NCBI RefSeq assembly: GCF_030028105.1
Contig: NC_092378.1
Coordinates: forward strand, 102,351,731 to 102,415,730
DNA from: Mobula birostris
Lineage: Eukaryota
Reading direction: 5' to 3'
Length of the DNA stretch: 64,000 nt
Shown one piece after another: positions 36,868-50,237 of this stretch; position 1 is the stretch's first letter; each line of letters opens with the position of its first letter. The notes under the pieces are model-generated. The model made no database searches. It had not been told where the DNA came from and was given only the letters and a program-made list of their open reading frames with translations. The translations under genes were made by a program, and so were the position numbers.

Positions 36868-39800
36868 GATCATAAAACCTAGGAGCAGAATTAGGCCATT
36901 TAGCCCATCGAGTCGGCTCTGCCATTTCATCATGGCTGATCCCAGATCCCACTCAACCCCATACACCTGCTTTCTGGCCATATCCTTTGATGCTCTGACC
37001 AATCAGGAAGCTTATCACTTTTTGCTTTAAGTAAACCCACAGACTTGGCCTCAACCGCAATCTGTAGCAGAGCATTGCACAGATTCACTACTCTCTGGCT
37101 AAAAAAAAATCCCTCTTTACCTCTGTTCTAAAAGGTCGCCCCTGAATTCTGAGGCTGTGCCCTCTAGTTCTGGATACTCCCACCATAGGAAACATCCTCT
37201 CCACATCCACCATATCTAGTCTTTTCAACATTTGGTAGGTTTCAATGAGGTGCCCCCCCACATTCTTCTAAATTCCAGTGAGTACAGGCCCAAGGCTGCC
37301 AAACACTCCACATATGTTAACCTCTCTGAGATAGGGAAACCAAAACTGTTGACAATACCCCAAGTGCAGCCTGACTAGTGTTTTATTAGCATTGTCTCCC
37401 TGCTTTTATATTCTGTTCCCCTCAAAATAAATGCCAACATTGCATTTGCCTTCTTTGCCACAGACTCAACCTGTAAATTAACCTTGGAGTCTTGTATGAG
37501 GACTCCTAAGTCCCTTTGCACCTCTGATGTGTGAATTTTCTGCACATTTAGATAGTAGTCTGCACTATCGTTCCTTTTAGAAAAATGCATTATCATGTAT
37601 TTCCCAGTACTGTGTTCCATCTTCCACCTTTTTTTGTCCATTCTTCCAATTTGTCTAGGTCCTTCTGCAATCACATTGCTTCCTCAGCACTACCTACCCC
37701 TCCACCTATCTTCGTATCATCCACATACTTTGCACAAAACCATCAATTCCATTATCTAAATCATTGACAAGCAATGTGAAAAGTAGTGGTCCCAATACTG
37801 ACCTCTGAGGAACACCACTAGTCACTGGCAGCCAACCAGAAAAGGCCCCCTTTATTCCCACTCACTGCCTCCTGCCTGTCAGCCATTCCTCTATCCATGC
37901 CAGTATCTTTCCTGTAATGTCGTAGGATTTTATCTTGTTAAGCAGCCCCATGTATGGAACCTTATCAAATGCCTTCTGAAAATCCAAGTAAATGAATCCA
38001 CTGCCTCTCCTTTGTCCATTCTGCTTGTTACTTCCCCAAGAACTCTTAACAGATTTGTCAGGCAAGATTTCCCTTTACAGAAATCATGCTGACTTTGACT
38101 TATTTTGTTATTAGTCTCCAAGTACCCTGACTCCAACAATTTTCCAACCACTGAGGTTAGGCTAACTAGCCTATAATTTCCTTTCTTTTGCCTTCCTCCC
38201 ATCTGAAAGAGTAAAGTGACATTTGCAATATTCCAGTCTTGCGGCACCATGCCAGAATCAAGTGATTCTTGAAAGACCATGACCAATGCATCTGTTATCT
38301 CTTTAGCAATTTCTTTCAGGACTCTGGGATGTAGCCCAGTTGGTCTAGGTGACTTATCTATCTTAAGACCTTACAGTTTGCCTGGCACTTTTTCCTTTGT
38401 AATAGCAATGGCACTCAATCCTTCTCCCTGACACTCAAGGGCCTCTGGCACACTGCTAGTGTGCTTCCACAATGAAGGCTGGTGCAAAGTACCCATTAAG
38501 TTCACCTGCCATTTTTTGTCCCCATTACTACCTCACCAGCATGATTTTTCAGTGGTCTAATTTCAACTCTCACTTCCCTTTTACTCTTTATGTAACTGAA
38601 AAAAATTTATAGTATCCTTCTTTATATTATTAGCTAGTTTGTCCTCATATTTTGTCTTTTCCCCTCTTATAGCTTTTACTTAGTTGCCTTTTGTTGGATC
38701 TTGAAAGCTTCCCAATCATCCAACTTACCACTCACTTTTGCTACCTTATACGCCCTTTCCTTAGCTTTTATGCAATCCTTAACTTCCCTTGTCAGCGACA
38801 CTTGCCTACCCCAGTCACTTAAGAACATCTTCTGTAGGACATATATATCCTGTGTCTGGTGAACTAGTCCCAGAAACATCAGCCACGTTTGCTGTGCCGT
38901 CATCCCCACCAGTATCCTCCTCTAATCCAGCTGGCAAGCTCCTCTCTCATGCCTCTGTAATTCCCTTTATTCCATTGCAATACTGATTCATGTGACTTGT
39001 GCTTCTCCCTTTCAAATTGCAGTATGAATTCAATCATATTATGATCACTGTCTCCTAAGGGTTCCTTTATAGTAAGCTCCCTAATAAGATCTGGGTTATT
39101 ACCCAACACACAATCTAAAATAGCCTTTCCCTGAGTAGGCTCAAGCACAACTGCTCTAAAAAGCCATCTCATAGGCATTCAACAAATACCCTCTCTTGCG
39201 ATCCAACACCAACCTGATTTTCCAAATCCCCTTGCATATTGAAGTCCCCCATCACAATTGTGATATTATTCTTACTACATGCCTTTTCCAGCTCCTTTTG
39301 CAATATCAGCCCCACAACTTGGCTACTATTTGGAGGCCTATATATGATTCCAATTGTGTTTTTTTTTTCACCCTTGCAGTTTCTTAACTCCACCCACAAA
39401 GATTCAACATTTTCTGGCCCTATGTCACCTCTTCCTCAAGATGTGATTCCATTTCATACTAACAGAGCCTTCTTGCCCGCCCTTTCTATACAAAGTGTAT
39501 CCTTTGATGTTAAGCTCCCAACCATGGTCTTCTTTCAGCCATGACTCAGTGAAGTCCATAACATCATACTGACTAATCTCTAATTGCACCACGAGTTTGT
39601 CCGCCTTCTTCCGAATTGCTATGCGCATTTAAATACAGCACCTTCAGTCCTGCATTCTTCACCCTTTTGAACTTTGCCTCTGTGGTCCAGTTTAACTCTT
39701 TGCTCTGTCTGCTTTGGCTTGTCTTTAATGTTACACTCATCATCTACTTGTAAACATGCTGGCTCATCCCCAGCTCTATCATTCTGGTTCCCAACCCCCT

Positions 39801-40340
39801 ACCATATTAGTTTAAACCATGGCCAACAGCTCGAGTAAACTGCCTGCAAGAATATTGACCCCTCGGATTCAAGTGCAACCCATCCCTCTTTTACAGGTCA
39901 CACCTGCCCCAGCAGAGGTCCCAATTATTCAGAAATCTGAATCCCTGCTCTCTGCTCCAATTCATCAGCCACTCATTTATCTGCCACTTCATTCGATTCC
40001 TATCCTCACCGTCGCATGGCACAGGCAGCAATCCTGACATTACTAACCTTGAGGACCTGCTTCTCAGCTTCCTTATGTACTATGACCTCTGGCTGCTCAC
40101 CCTGGCTGTTCAGAAACATCACGGACACTGGCACCTGGGAGGCAAACTACCATCTGTGTTTCTTTTTCGTGTCCACAGAATCGCCTGTCTGACCCCCGAA
40201 CTACAAAGTCCCCTATTACTGCTACCATCCTCTCCAGTTCCCTACCCTTCTGAGCCACAGGGCCAGACACAGTGCCAGAGGCATGGCCACTGTTGCTTCC
40301 CCCAGGTAGGTTCCTCACCCCCCCCAACTGTACTCAAAAT
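36868..40340 (-). mobile_element. Near full-length CR1 LINE (ORF1 esterase to 3' tail), inactivated
   Basis: VAVIGDFVVRG and CLPGASVRDV (40097-40327); FTESWL, IYRPPNS, MGDFN, DSDHNMIEF; [25 protein letters not shown]. The 3' end is at about 36870. Confidence 0.93.
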
Positions 40341-42993
40341 GGCGTACATATGAATTACATGTATTTTCACACCTCCTTCTTTGTATGCACACTCCAGACA
40401 CCCAAAATGAATGTTAATCAGCATTGTCTAGTTTTTCAATTAACTGCAGTCCACAGCTCCAGCACCCTATTGTCGAGGACTGCATTTTAAATTTAATCTA
40501 CAATCCACATTCAGGTCTAAAGATCGCTTGCTGAAGTTAATATTTTGCTATATACCCTAAGTCCAGAATATGCCCTGACATCTATTATATATTATCTTAA
40601 GATATGAGGCATTTCAGAAAATATTACAGAGACAGTGTGGGCTATATCAGTAATGGTGTTGGATATACAATAGAACATGAGAAGTTGAGGCAGGAGTAGA
40701 CATTCAGAGCCTGTGCCCCCTCTACCACCAACATTTCACCTTGGCACCGCTTTCTTGGACTGATCCTATATCCCTTAGTGTGTATGCCACTATCAGTCAG
40801 TGTTACAGTGAGGGAAGGAATATATAAAAATTCATTTCAAATACGATGGAATTAATTGAATGTTCCTTCTTCTTGGGTCCTTAGTTCCTGGTGGTGCATA
40901 GACCATTGATGACCTCCTGTCTCCATCATCCAAAGTCAATGGTATGGTTGGAGCTCATCAATGTTTCTGTAATCCATTGCATTGACTGTACAGGGATTGG
41001 CCTATACAACTTCACCAGAGCTATGTTGGCCAGACTTACCCATTTCCAGCTGTCATGACCGGGACATAAAGTTGGACTTTGAGAGAGAATTGAATGTTTA
41101 GAGGAGGTTAATAACCTGGTGGATAGGGAAATGCCAATGGGTACTTCATTATGTGGACTTCCAGAAGCCAGGATCAAAGGGGGCTGTAACAAGAGTGTTG
41201 CTCTGGTAGAAATGAACTGAATGGCCTCCATTTGTGTTGTAGTTCTTCTGTAGTTCTAGCAGATAGTGAGGGTTTAGACATGCCAGAGAATGTTTCAGTG
41301 AGAGTATAGAGCACAACAGTGTCAGAGTAAGGATGTGGCCAAGTGAGAGAGTGTTACAGTGAGGATGCTGGGTGCATCAGAGTGAGGGGGATGTATGCAT
41401 GAGAGTGTTACATTGAGAATGGGTAGCTAGGTCAGAAGCTGCAAGGAGTTGAGAATCAATTATTGTAGCACACTATACCTTGAATATGCAAGTCAGGTTG
41501 TGAATCTTTGCTTCTAGGTTCTGCAAAGCCCTGTAGATGAAAGCCTCACCTCCCTGCAGTGGTATCACTTGACTGAGCTGTCTTTACACGGAGTGTCTCA
41601 TTAAACAGCTCTCTGTTCAATGAAAAATGCTGAGTAGAAAAATCTTGTCATTCTATATGGAGCAAGTGTGGGGTCACTTTGTTGACTTTAGAATATGTTA
41701 AACTGTAATGATTGGAATAGACAGAATGGTAAGATTAATACCTATAATAATTTAAGGATCTTCGCATGAGGTTTCATATTTCAGGCACAAGATCATCAAA
41801 GCATATAAGAAGTGTATGGAAGGCTGCTTTCTCTATCCTTGCATTATTTCTGATGTTCGTCAGCTAATGTTATAGCAGGAAACTCCCCGTGGGTGTTCCA
41901 TCCTGGAATATTCAGTGCCAATCTGAAGGTTCCTATCCTTCAAATAGATTAGAGAACTTTGAGCAGCACCTAAATTTTCCGTGTCGAACCTTTGTTGACA
42001 CAATTAGTGATCGAATCGTGTTATACTCCAAAAATACCTGTCATGTTATATTCCAACAACACCAATGTCAGGCAACAAAATAACAGTTAACTTCAGGATA
42101 GATCTAATATTTCTGAGTTTACATTAAAAGAGCAAAGCATTGTTCAGCAAATGTGAATGGGAGGGAAACATTTTATTGGTGATTATGGATTCAGTGATAA
42201 TCCCTAATTTCCTTTCAAAGTCTCTCTCTTGTCGCCTACACACATCTCTCTCCACGGACACAATGCACAATTATACCCGGGAATTCCTTGCAAAACACAG
42301 CTCTGGGCCACCTTCACCACAAAAATCTGCAGCAGGCCATGTAGAAAGGCAGCCAGTATTTTCTCTGGGGACCCGTGGATGGGTATTAAATGTGATCCTT
42401 CCAATGGTGCCCTTGCCCCAGGAATGAATGAGAAACAAAAATCTGTTGCAACAGAAGTCAGGCCAGAAAATGCTGGAAATATCCAGCATCCAAGAATAGA
42501 GAAACAATTAACATTTCAGCCAAATGAGAATGAGGAACAGTTAGGAATAATTATTTAAACATGTAAAGAAAGATTGGTTTGAGATCTTGGGGGAGGGGTG
42601 AGAAAACAAAGAAGCAGGTCTCCCTGAGGATGAAAGGTAAGACAGATTTGGTGGGATAACAAAAGTCGAGAGGAGGTGATGGTGCAGATGAATTATCTGT
42701 TGGTGATATAGTGACCTCACACCTCTGAGCTCTAATGAACCGGATTTGATCGAATGCGGCCAATTGATCGAATGGTGCATCGATTGGGCCTCTTACGCAC
42801 GGAGGGCTCTCCCTACAGCATTTGTGTGGCTTTTGAATGTGTATGCCTTTTGTCTTAGTGGGCCCGGGTCATCATTCCTACACAGTAAGTTGCCTGGCGT
42901 GTATCTCTTCTAACAAGACTTAGTAAAAACATTTAATCACACTACTCCATTTTAGCTCTTGTTCCATGTATACGTAATTCCTGGGTTCAATCC

Positions 42994-43651
42994 CAGACAT
43001 CCCACCCTGCAAAAACTCATTTCAGGGAGGTAGCACCATCAACTTGCGGGAGACTTCCGGGAGAGGTGGGATGTCTGTAATAGAGTAGCTCCTTAGCAGC
43101 TGGCCAGCTAGTTTAAATAACGTTAGCTATGCTAATGAGTGAATGACACCTGTTAAACTCACCTCAACATGTCTTTTACAGTCTTAACCCATCACTGTTG
43201 CAAACAGTGCAGCGAACAACACTGTCATTATTTTTGACCCCTATTAGGCAGGGGTACACTTTAGTGTAGTCTGGGGTGACGTACGTTTTATATTTTCTTT
43301 TTTTGGAACACTCTGCCACTCTGACTTTTTTTGGAACTCTCTCGCTCTTGCTCTTGCACTCGCTTTCTCTCTCTCTCTCCCTTGCACGCACTCTCTCGCT
43401 CTTGCTCTCGCTCTCTCTCTCTCTTGCTCTTTCACCCTCGCTCTCTAGCACTTGCTTTCTCTCTCTCTTGTGGTCGCTCTCACTCACGCTCGCTCTCTCG
43501 CGCTTGCTTTCTTGCTCTTGCGCTCGCTCTTTCGCTCTCTCTCGCGTGCTCTCTCACACTCGCTCTCAAAAAAATCAATTTCCGGGACATTGTATATAAT
43601 TTGCGGGCATCAGGGAGCCACTATTAATTTGCAGGAGAGGTAGGATGTCTG
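42994..43651 (-). mobile_element. Non-autonomous hAT-like DNA transposon with a BED-finger remnant, inserted in a V-SINE
   Basis: TIR CAGACATCC at 42994, with its complement GGATGTCTG ending at 43651 and also at 43078. Flanks are CAATCC and CAGTCC. The minus strand reads KKRKYKTY...YPCL...VRCTVCNSD. Internal (CT/CGCT)n lies at 43338-43566. Confidence 0.65.
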
Positions 43652-43854
43652 CAGTCCTAATCGCAGATGTTGTCTGTGTAGAGTTTATATGTTTGTATGT
43701 GAGTTTCCCCTTGATACTCTGGTTTAATCACATATCCCAAACCACAAAGGTGAACTGGTTGGTCCATAGGCTACTGGAAAATACTCTCAAGGTCGTGTGC
43801 AGCTGTACATTTAGGAAGGACAACTGGAGAGAACTTTGAGCATGTAAGAGACTG

Positions 43855-44212
43855 TAAGACCATAATGTACAGGAGCAGAATTAGGCCATTTGGCCTATCG
43901 AGTCTGCTCCACCATTTCATCATTGCAGATCTATTTGCCTCTCAGCCCCAATCTCCTGCCTTCTCTCTGTATCCCTCCATGCCCTGACCAATCAATAATC
44001 TATCAACCTCTACCCAATGACTCCAACTCCACAGGCACTTGTGGCAACAAATCCCACAGAATCACCACTTTCTGGCTGAAGAAATTCCTCCTCATCTCTG
44101 TTCTCAATGGATGCCCCTCTATTCTGAGACTGCACCTCTGGTTCTATATGCCCTCACCATAGGAAACATCCTCCCACTGCCAGTCTACCTAGACCTTTTA
44201 TCATTCAATAGG
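43855..44212 (-). mobile_element. CR1 3' tip
   Basis: GGAGCAGAATTAGGCCATTTGGCC...AAATCCCACAGAATCACCAC, similar to 36880-37250 and 50250-50600. Confidence 0.85.
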
Positions 44213-44514
44213 TGCGTGATGAGCAGATGGAATGGGTGCAAGAGGGGAAAGAAACAGGGTGATATTTTTTTGCTTCAGAGTTCATCATCTGTAGTCTCTT
44301 GTGTCTCCTGTTAGAAATCAGGCATGCTGGAGAATGGGGAGAACAAAGGAAATTGAGGAAGGGGTGAGTGTAAGAGAGAGAGACTGGATGATGCAGATGA
44401 AGGTGGTGCTGACTGAGGGAGTGTGGGAGAGCGAGTTAACTGTAGAAGATCCATCTGAAGAAGATGGAAATAGAGTGAACTGAAAGAGAGAGCGAAATAA
44501 TGATGCCAGCAGAT

Positions 44515-45165
44515 TCAAGATTGAAACTTATTTATTATGTGTGCATTGAAATGTCTCATTTGCAACCAACACAACTGAGGATGTGCTGGGGCAGCGCACA
44601 TTCTGGCGCAAACAAAGCATGCCCATAACACTCTGCAGAACAACACAGAACTCAGGAAGCAACAAAATAATGGCAGCAAACAAGTCATGTTCCTCCCTAC
44701 CCACCCACCCATACACATAGAATGTTCTGCAACCCCAAGACAAGCGTCTGTGGCCTCAAGTCTTCAGCTTCCAATGGGCCCAGACTTACAGGCATAAGGC
44801 TTTGACTTCCCCAGCGGGTGCATAGGGATTCGCAGACTCAGAGCTCCAGTCAATGGACTTTGATTTCTGGACTTGCGAACAACCCTTGGGCCTCAGCATC
44901 AGTCCCAGGACCCGCCAATTGCTGAGCACCAGGCCTCGAATTCCAGTTGCGCATCCAGGGGGTCATCGGACCTCGTTCCTCTTGCCCACACAGAACTCCG
45001 ACCCTGGGTCCTGCCATCAGGCCTCATCCATGCTGGTCTGCCGGCCGACATTCGAGATCCAATCGCAGATGTCCCACTTCCACCTTGCTGGCCTTCCAAC
45101 ATGGAACAGAGTCTTATACTCCAGCCTGACCTCTAATTCCTCCACAGTCCAGTCCTAATCGCCCC
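44515..45165 (-). repeat. Unclassified interspersed repeat, probably a non-autonomous retroelement
   Basis: The minus strand ends AATAAATAAGTTTCAATCTTGAA. The GC-rich body has sharp borders. Confidence 0.4.
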
Positions 45166-46265
45166 ACATTCTTGTCACAGTAATGTGAAATTCAAAAACC
45201 ACCCTGAGATCTTAAACCGTAGAGAATGTTGCAATGACCACAGGGGCCATTGGGAAAGTTTTGTTGAATCTTACAGAGATTACAGCATATCAGTGCAAAC
45301 GCAAACTGGAAATGGAAAATTGTTGAATGAATTGCGTGTCCTGAAGGCTGCAGTCTGCCATGTCAGACAATGAGTGCTGTCCCCTGGTCTCATTGAAACA
45401 GTGTAGGTGGCCAAAGCTAGGGAGATCAGAGTGGCATACAGAATTAAAGTGACAGGCGGCTGGAAACTTGGGGATCACCTTTGCTAAACGTCCCCACAAA
45501 TTAAACATGCTTGCCTCCTAACTTTTGGGATTTTGGTGAAAGGCCAGCAGCCTGAAGCATTGACTCCATTTATCTCCCTGGAGATGCTGCCTGACCTGCC
45601 AAATAGTTCCAGTGCTTTTCATTTGGGATTTCCAGCTTCTGCCGTTTTGGTTGCTTTTCGAGCTCTACAGGGCCATCAATTCCTCGCAATGCCTTTTAGA
45701 GTGGCAATAAAATGCTTCACTGCTCACAGTGTGCACATTACTGAGGTGATCATACCACCTCACTTGTTCGCCAGACAACCCGTGCATTCTTTACTGTATG
45801 CTGATAGAGGACTTGTAGTTTAATGGGAGTTAATGTGATTGATTTAATTTTTCAGCAGTGCTGTACCTTTCCGTGATAGGCAGTGGTGTGTGGCAGCAAA
45901 TGCATTTCTATAAAGCCTGATTAGTAGCAAAGTGACAGTCCCCACTGCCAGAGTTTGTTTTAGAGGGGCATATTAAGTACACAGTCATGCATGTGGATGC
46001 ATATTTAATGATTTTAGCACAGGAGCATGTCTCTGTAGCTCAGACCCTTTGTTCACACTCCTGCCTGCCAGTAACTTTGAAGAAAGCTGCACACAGAGCT
46101 GTGAGAGTGTCTGCAGTATAGGTTTCCCTTTTGCTAATACATCAGCCATCAGCTGACAAGGATTCCTGGTGCCCAGCAGCTGTGACATCATCAGCTGAGT
46201 AAGCAGCCAATCACACCGATGAATTCCCACAGCTAAAAAGCATCAACAATTTTTATTTTAACAGT

Positions 46266-46598
46266 GCGGCGGGCATGGTGGCGTAGTGGTTAGCACAACA
46301 CTTGACAGTACGGGTTCGTTTCCCACCGCTGCCTGTACGGACTTTGTACACTCTCCCCGTGACCGCGCGGGTTTCCTCCAGGTGCTCTGGTTTCCTCCTG
46401 CAGTCCAAAGATCTGCCGGTTAGCAGGTTAATCGGTCAATGTAAGTAGTCCTGTGATTAGGCTGGGATTAAATCGGCGTGAGTCCATGTCTTATATGTAA
46501 AATGAATAATAAAAATATTGGAAAAAAAAAGTTGGCGGATTGCTGTGTGGCATGGCTCGAAGGGCCTGTCCTGCACTATATCGCAATAAATAAATAAA
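46266..46598 (+). mobile_element. tRNA-derived V-SINE (HE1-like)
   Basis: Box A TGGCGTAGTGG, box B GGTTCGTTTCC, V-domain GGGTTTCCTCCAGGTGCTCTGGTTTCCTCC, tail (AATA)n. Confidence 0.85.
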
Positions 46599-47889
46599 GT
46601 TTAGGACATACACATAAAGTTAGAGACAAGTTTGAGAGGTTATAAACTTAAAACACAGTTAAGAACTCAAAAGCCATAGTATTTTGAAATAAATATCTGA
46701 AAATCTGATTTCACAATCATAAGGTAAGTTTCTTAGTGTCAGTCAAGTTGTAAGGAAAGGTGGAGGCCCATTAAAATGTCAATAATTATTTATACCTTTT
46801 TCAATATATGTAACATTCTCTGAGCTTACTTGCAGCCAGAACAGTTTCTAAGTAGCTGGAGATAATTTTAATTCCATGTTTTCTGAAGAAAACTGCAAAA
46901 GCAATTATCTCTGATCCGCAGCACAGCGATTGCTCTTAATCGATAGTTAACATGAATGGTCCCGATCTATGGATTTACAGGGATTTTGTCTCTGAAAGAT
47001 TTTTTTTACAATTCTCATTCTGCTATAGTTTCTGTAGGGCTATTGCATCTCCCTTTAAAGGTACTATCTCTGACTGAGCTCTCTTCAGAGCTGTCCTGTT
47101 GATAAACTGCTGTCCCTTTGAAATCACACATGAGCACAGGAAGCCTGCTGAAGTGTTGCATGGCCCTGCACTGCCCCCTAGGCCGCCCCTGGTGAAATTA
47201 GATAGCAAAGGAAATGAGGTAAGCTTGAAATATTCTCATTTAACATTGGCAACCATCCTGACTTGTCTCACTCTCCAGGAATTAAGGATTAATTTCTGCA
47301 TCGTGGCCCTGAGCAGCCCAGAAATAAAAATAGAGGATTAACAAATGGTGTGATCATTTCAATGCCTTTGAACATTCTCATTTATTAAGTATAAAAATAT
47401 TGGAGGTGGAAAAGTGCTGTTTGATTTGCCAAGCTGCATCTAAGCCAAGCGGGGAGGTCATGAGATGAAATCTCCAGGAATCCATCCAATCAACATTGTC
47501 AGCTCTATTCCTGCTGTAAAACACGGACTTCTCAATCAGCTCTCCAATAGACAATTTAGTAGAAGGCAGACCACACAACTCTCTCTCCAAGCATATCATT
47601 TTGCTTGTTGCATTTCCTGGCAACTCCATTCTGTTGGAATCCTTTGCTTTGACAATACCAGTTGGAGAAGGTGATGAACAATCCTACTTCATGTATTAAC
47701 TAATGAACAAAATCAATGCTGTATTTCCTGCTGTTCAAAGATACCATCACTATTCTTTATGTGATGAAGTTTATAAATCTCATACTCCATAAGCCATCAG
47801 TCTTAGATTTGAATAATGTTTGTATCATTTCACCCTGCCCAAAGCTCTCTTTATCTTTTGTGTTTTTGATTAGCAGTGGATTGTGCATA

Positions 47890-49520
47890 GATTAAGGTAC
47901 CTGTCACACCATTACGTCCAGCTGTCCCGCTCATACGGCTTGTCCAGTCCTTCATGGGTCACCTACTTGGTGCCATGAGTGTCTTCATCTCTGGAGGTTG
48001 ATAGCTGTGTGGCTGTGCAAGCTGGCATGGTGTGAGGGGAAGGCGGTTGTCTTCTCGTCTTACACTGATGATGTGCTCCTTGCAGTCACAGGTCCTGTTG
48101 CTCTGCAGAAGATTAATGGTAGTTCAACATTTACCACCTTTTGCAGAGGGATCCATTGGTGGGAAGTGTTCCAGATTCCTGGTGGGTAACCTCCCTGGCA
48201 GACTGACTGAGATGGTTTGTCGGAACAGCATGTAGATCCTTTATCTGGGAGTATACCTGAACCCCCGCATGGATAAGTTAACATTGTCCTTTATGTTGGG
48301 GAACTTTAGGAAAGAGTGATGCATCAAGCAGTCCCCAGGGTGAAAGTCATGCCCTTTACTGGGCCACCAGAGAAGACAAAGAGCTTTCCTACAAGGGCTG
48401 AGCACTTATAATCTGAACACAGTCACCCTTTGCTTTTGCCACCAAGATCAAGAAAAAGCTTGATGATTTCTTCTGGGCTGAGAGGAAACCCTGGTCCCCT
48501 GCAATGTTCTGAATCTCCTGACTGAGAAGCTCTGGCAGTTGTGAGTCTGTATCTGCACTGCTACTCCCTGCTATCAGACCCTGCAGGAGTGCCTATGCAA
48601 GAGCTACCCTTCTGTTGCTGTATATTACTGATATATTTTCCCACCAGTACTCTGCAGACAGAGCAACGTGAAAATCAGTGGGTATTAGCCATTCCATTGT
48701 GAGGGAGCCACCTACTTTCTCCAAGCCTGGGACATAGTTGCCTCCAGTCAAGATGTCCCCACCAACAGAGGCAAGGGTAAAATAGCCAGCCTTGGATGGA
48801 GGTGCAACTACAGTTTATATAGATGTTCAAGAGCGCAGCACAATTTGAGCCCGTTCAGCTGGAATTATCCATCAGTTTTACAACTGGATACCCTTTAAAA
48901 TAGGTCCTAAAACAATGTTCTTTCTCTCGGAAACACCCCCGGTCTTTCTACAAGATCAGGAGGGTTTCCTGCACAGGCTGATACTGTAAGCTGTTCACTT
49001 CCATCTAGACTGAAGGTGAAGGGGGTTTGGATATGTGCTGATCTCCCTACATGGGAGTCTTTCTCCTTTTGTGCTTGAGAACTTGGATAGAGTTTGCTGC
49101 ACAGAGCAATACCATGCAACGAATTCTTAAGTCAACTCATGGATTCCTAGGCTGTATTATTTTCCAGCATGGGAGAGCCCGAATTTCATGTGCCCACGGA
49201 ATTGAAGAGTTTGCATGCCCTATCTGAGGATTTGTAGGGGAGGAGATGCTCCCGAAATTTAGATTGCACTTCCGTCCCACACTCCTGATCTTTGGGTACC
49301 CAGTGTGGAGGGTTGTGAGTCAGTTGGGAGCCTCCTCAACTGTCCGCCCCCAACTTGGCCATTCACAAGTCTGGGAACATAGGATCTGCTGAGCCAACAG
49401 TTTGCCCGTCTTCCTAGGTTATGCTTGGGCCTGGGTATCATTGGAGAGGAAGCATGCAGTGCCTGCTGGCTGACTGGAGGCTTTTTAGGATAGGTGGGAC
49501 ACTGCAGGGTGTGGGCTGCA
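47890..49520 (+). mobile_element. Ancient Tx1/L1-clade LINE ORF2 remnant
   Basis: VVFSSYTDDVLL (YADD motif, about 48046-48081); LDDFFWAERK (about 48460); LLHRAIPCN (about 49095); FRLHFRPTLLIFGYPVWR (about 49258). Confidence 0.65.
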
Positions 49521-50237
49521 TCTCAGATAAAGAGAATCATTTTAAGAGATCGTTTTAACTGAGTGGAAGTTAAAAAATTTGGAAACACTCAGTGGAACAG
49601 GCCACACGGTATGCAGACAGAAAAACAGAGTTAACTTTTCAAATCACAGACCCTTTGTCGTTCTCGTATGTGTTTTGTTAGTGTTTCAACTATAGTAATT
49701 TTAGAACAATGTATACATAAAATAATTTTTAAAAATGGGGCCGGGAATAAACATGAAGGAATCTGTTTGCAGTGGAGAATCACTTCCTCTCCACCTTCCC
49801 TTGAGAACCTCTTGGCTGGACCAGACACATCAAACTTCACTGCACAGCGGATCCGCTTCCATTCAATGAATTCACCGCACTGTCACAGCTGATACTCACA
49901 GGTTGGATGCAATGCTGGGTTTATTTTGAGCAATGCTCCTTCGGCAATGTTTCATCAATCTCTCCCTGGGCTGGTACAGCACAACTTCTGTGCAATGTGA
50001 AGTTCCCTCTACGCTGTTCCCAGAGTTCTCCCGGGGCAAATGTAGCTGGTTGATCAGTCTGAGCAGACTTTATCGCATGTTGACGTATTCATCCATGCAG
50101 GAGACTGATCCAGAGGCAGGCTGAAAGATACAGTAGAAACACAACATGCACAGATGCACTACAACAATTAGACATTGTTTATATTCATGCACACATACAT
50201 ACACAAACACATAACTTAGGAATCACACAGAGACATA

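Noticed and set aside
43176-43643. Several ER/RA-rich or LS-rich ORFs; similar ones at 31783-32042
   Set aside because: Products of (CT)n microsatellites.
46266-46335. tRNA-like box A/box B sequence
   Set aside because: It is the head of a V-SINE and lacks a full cloverleaf.
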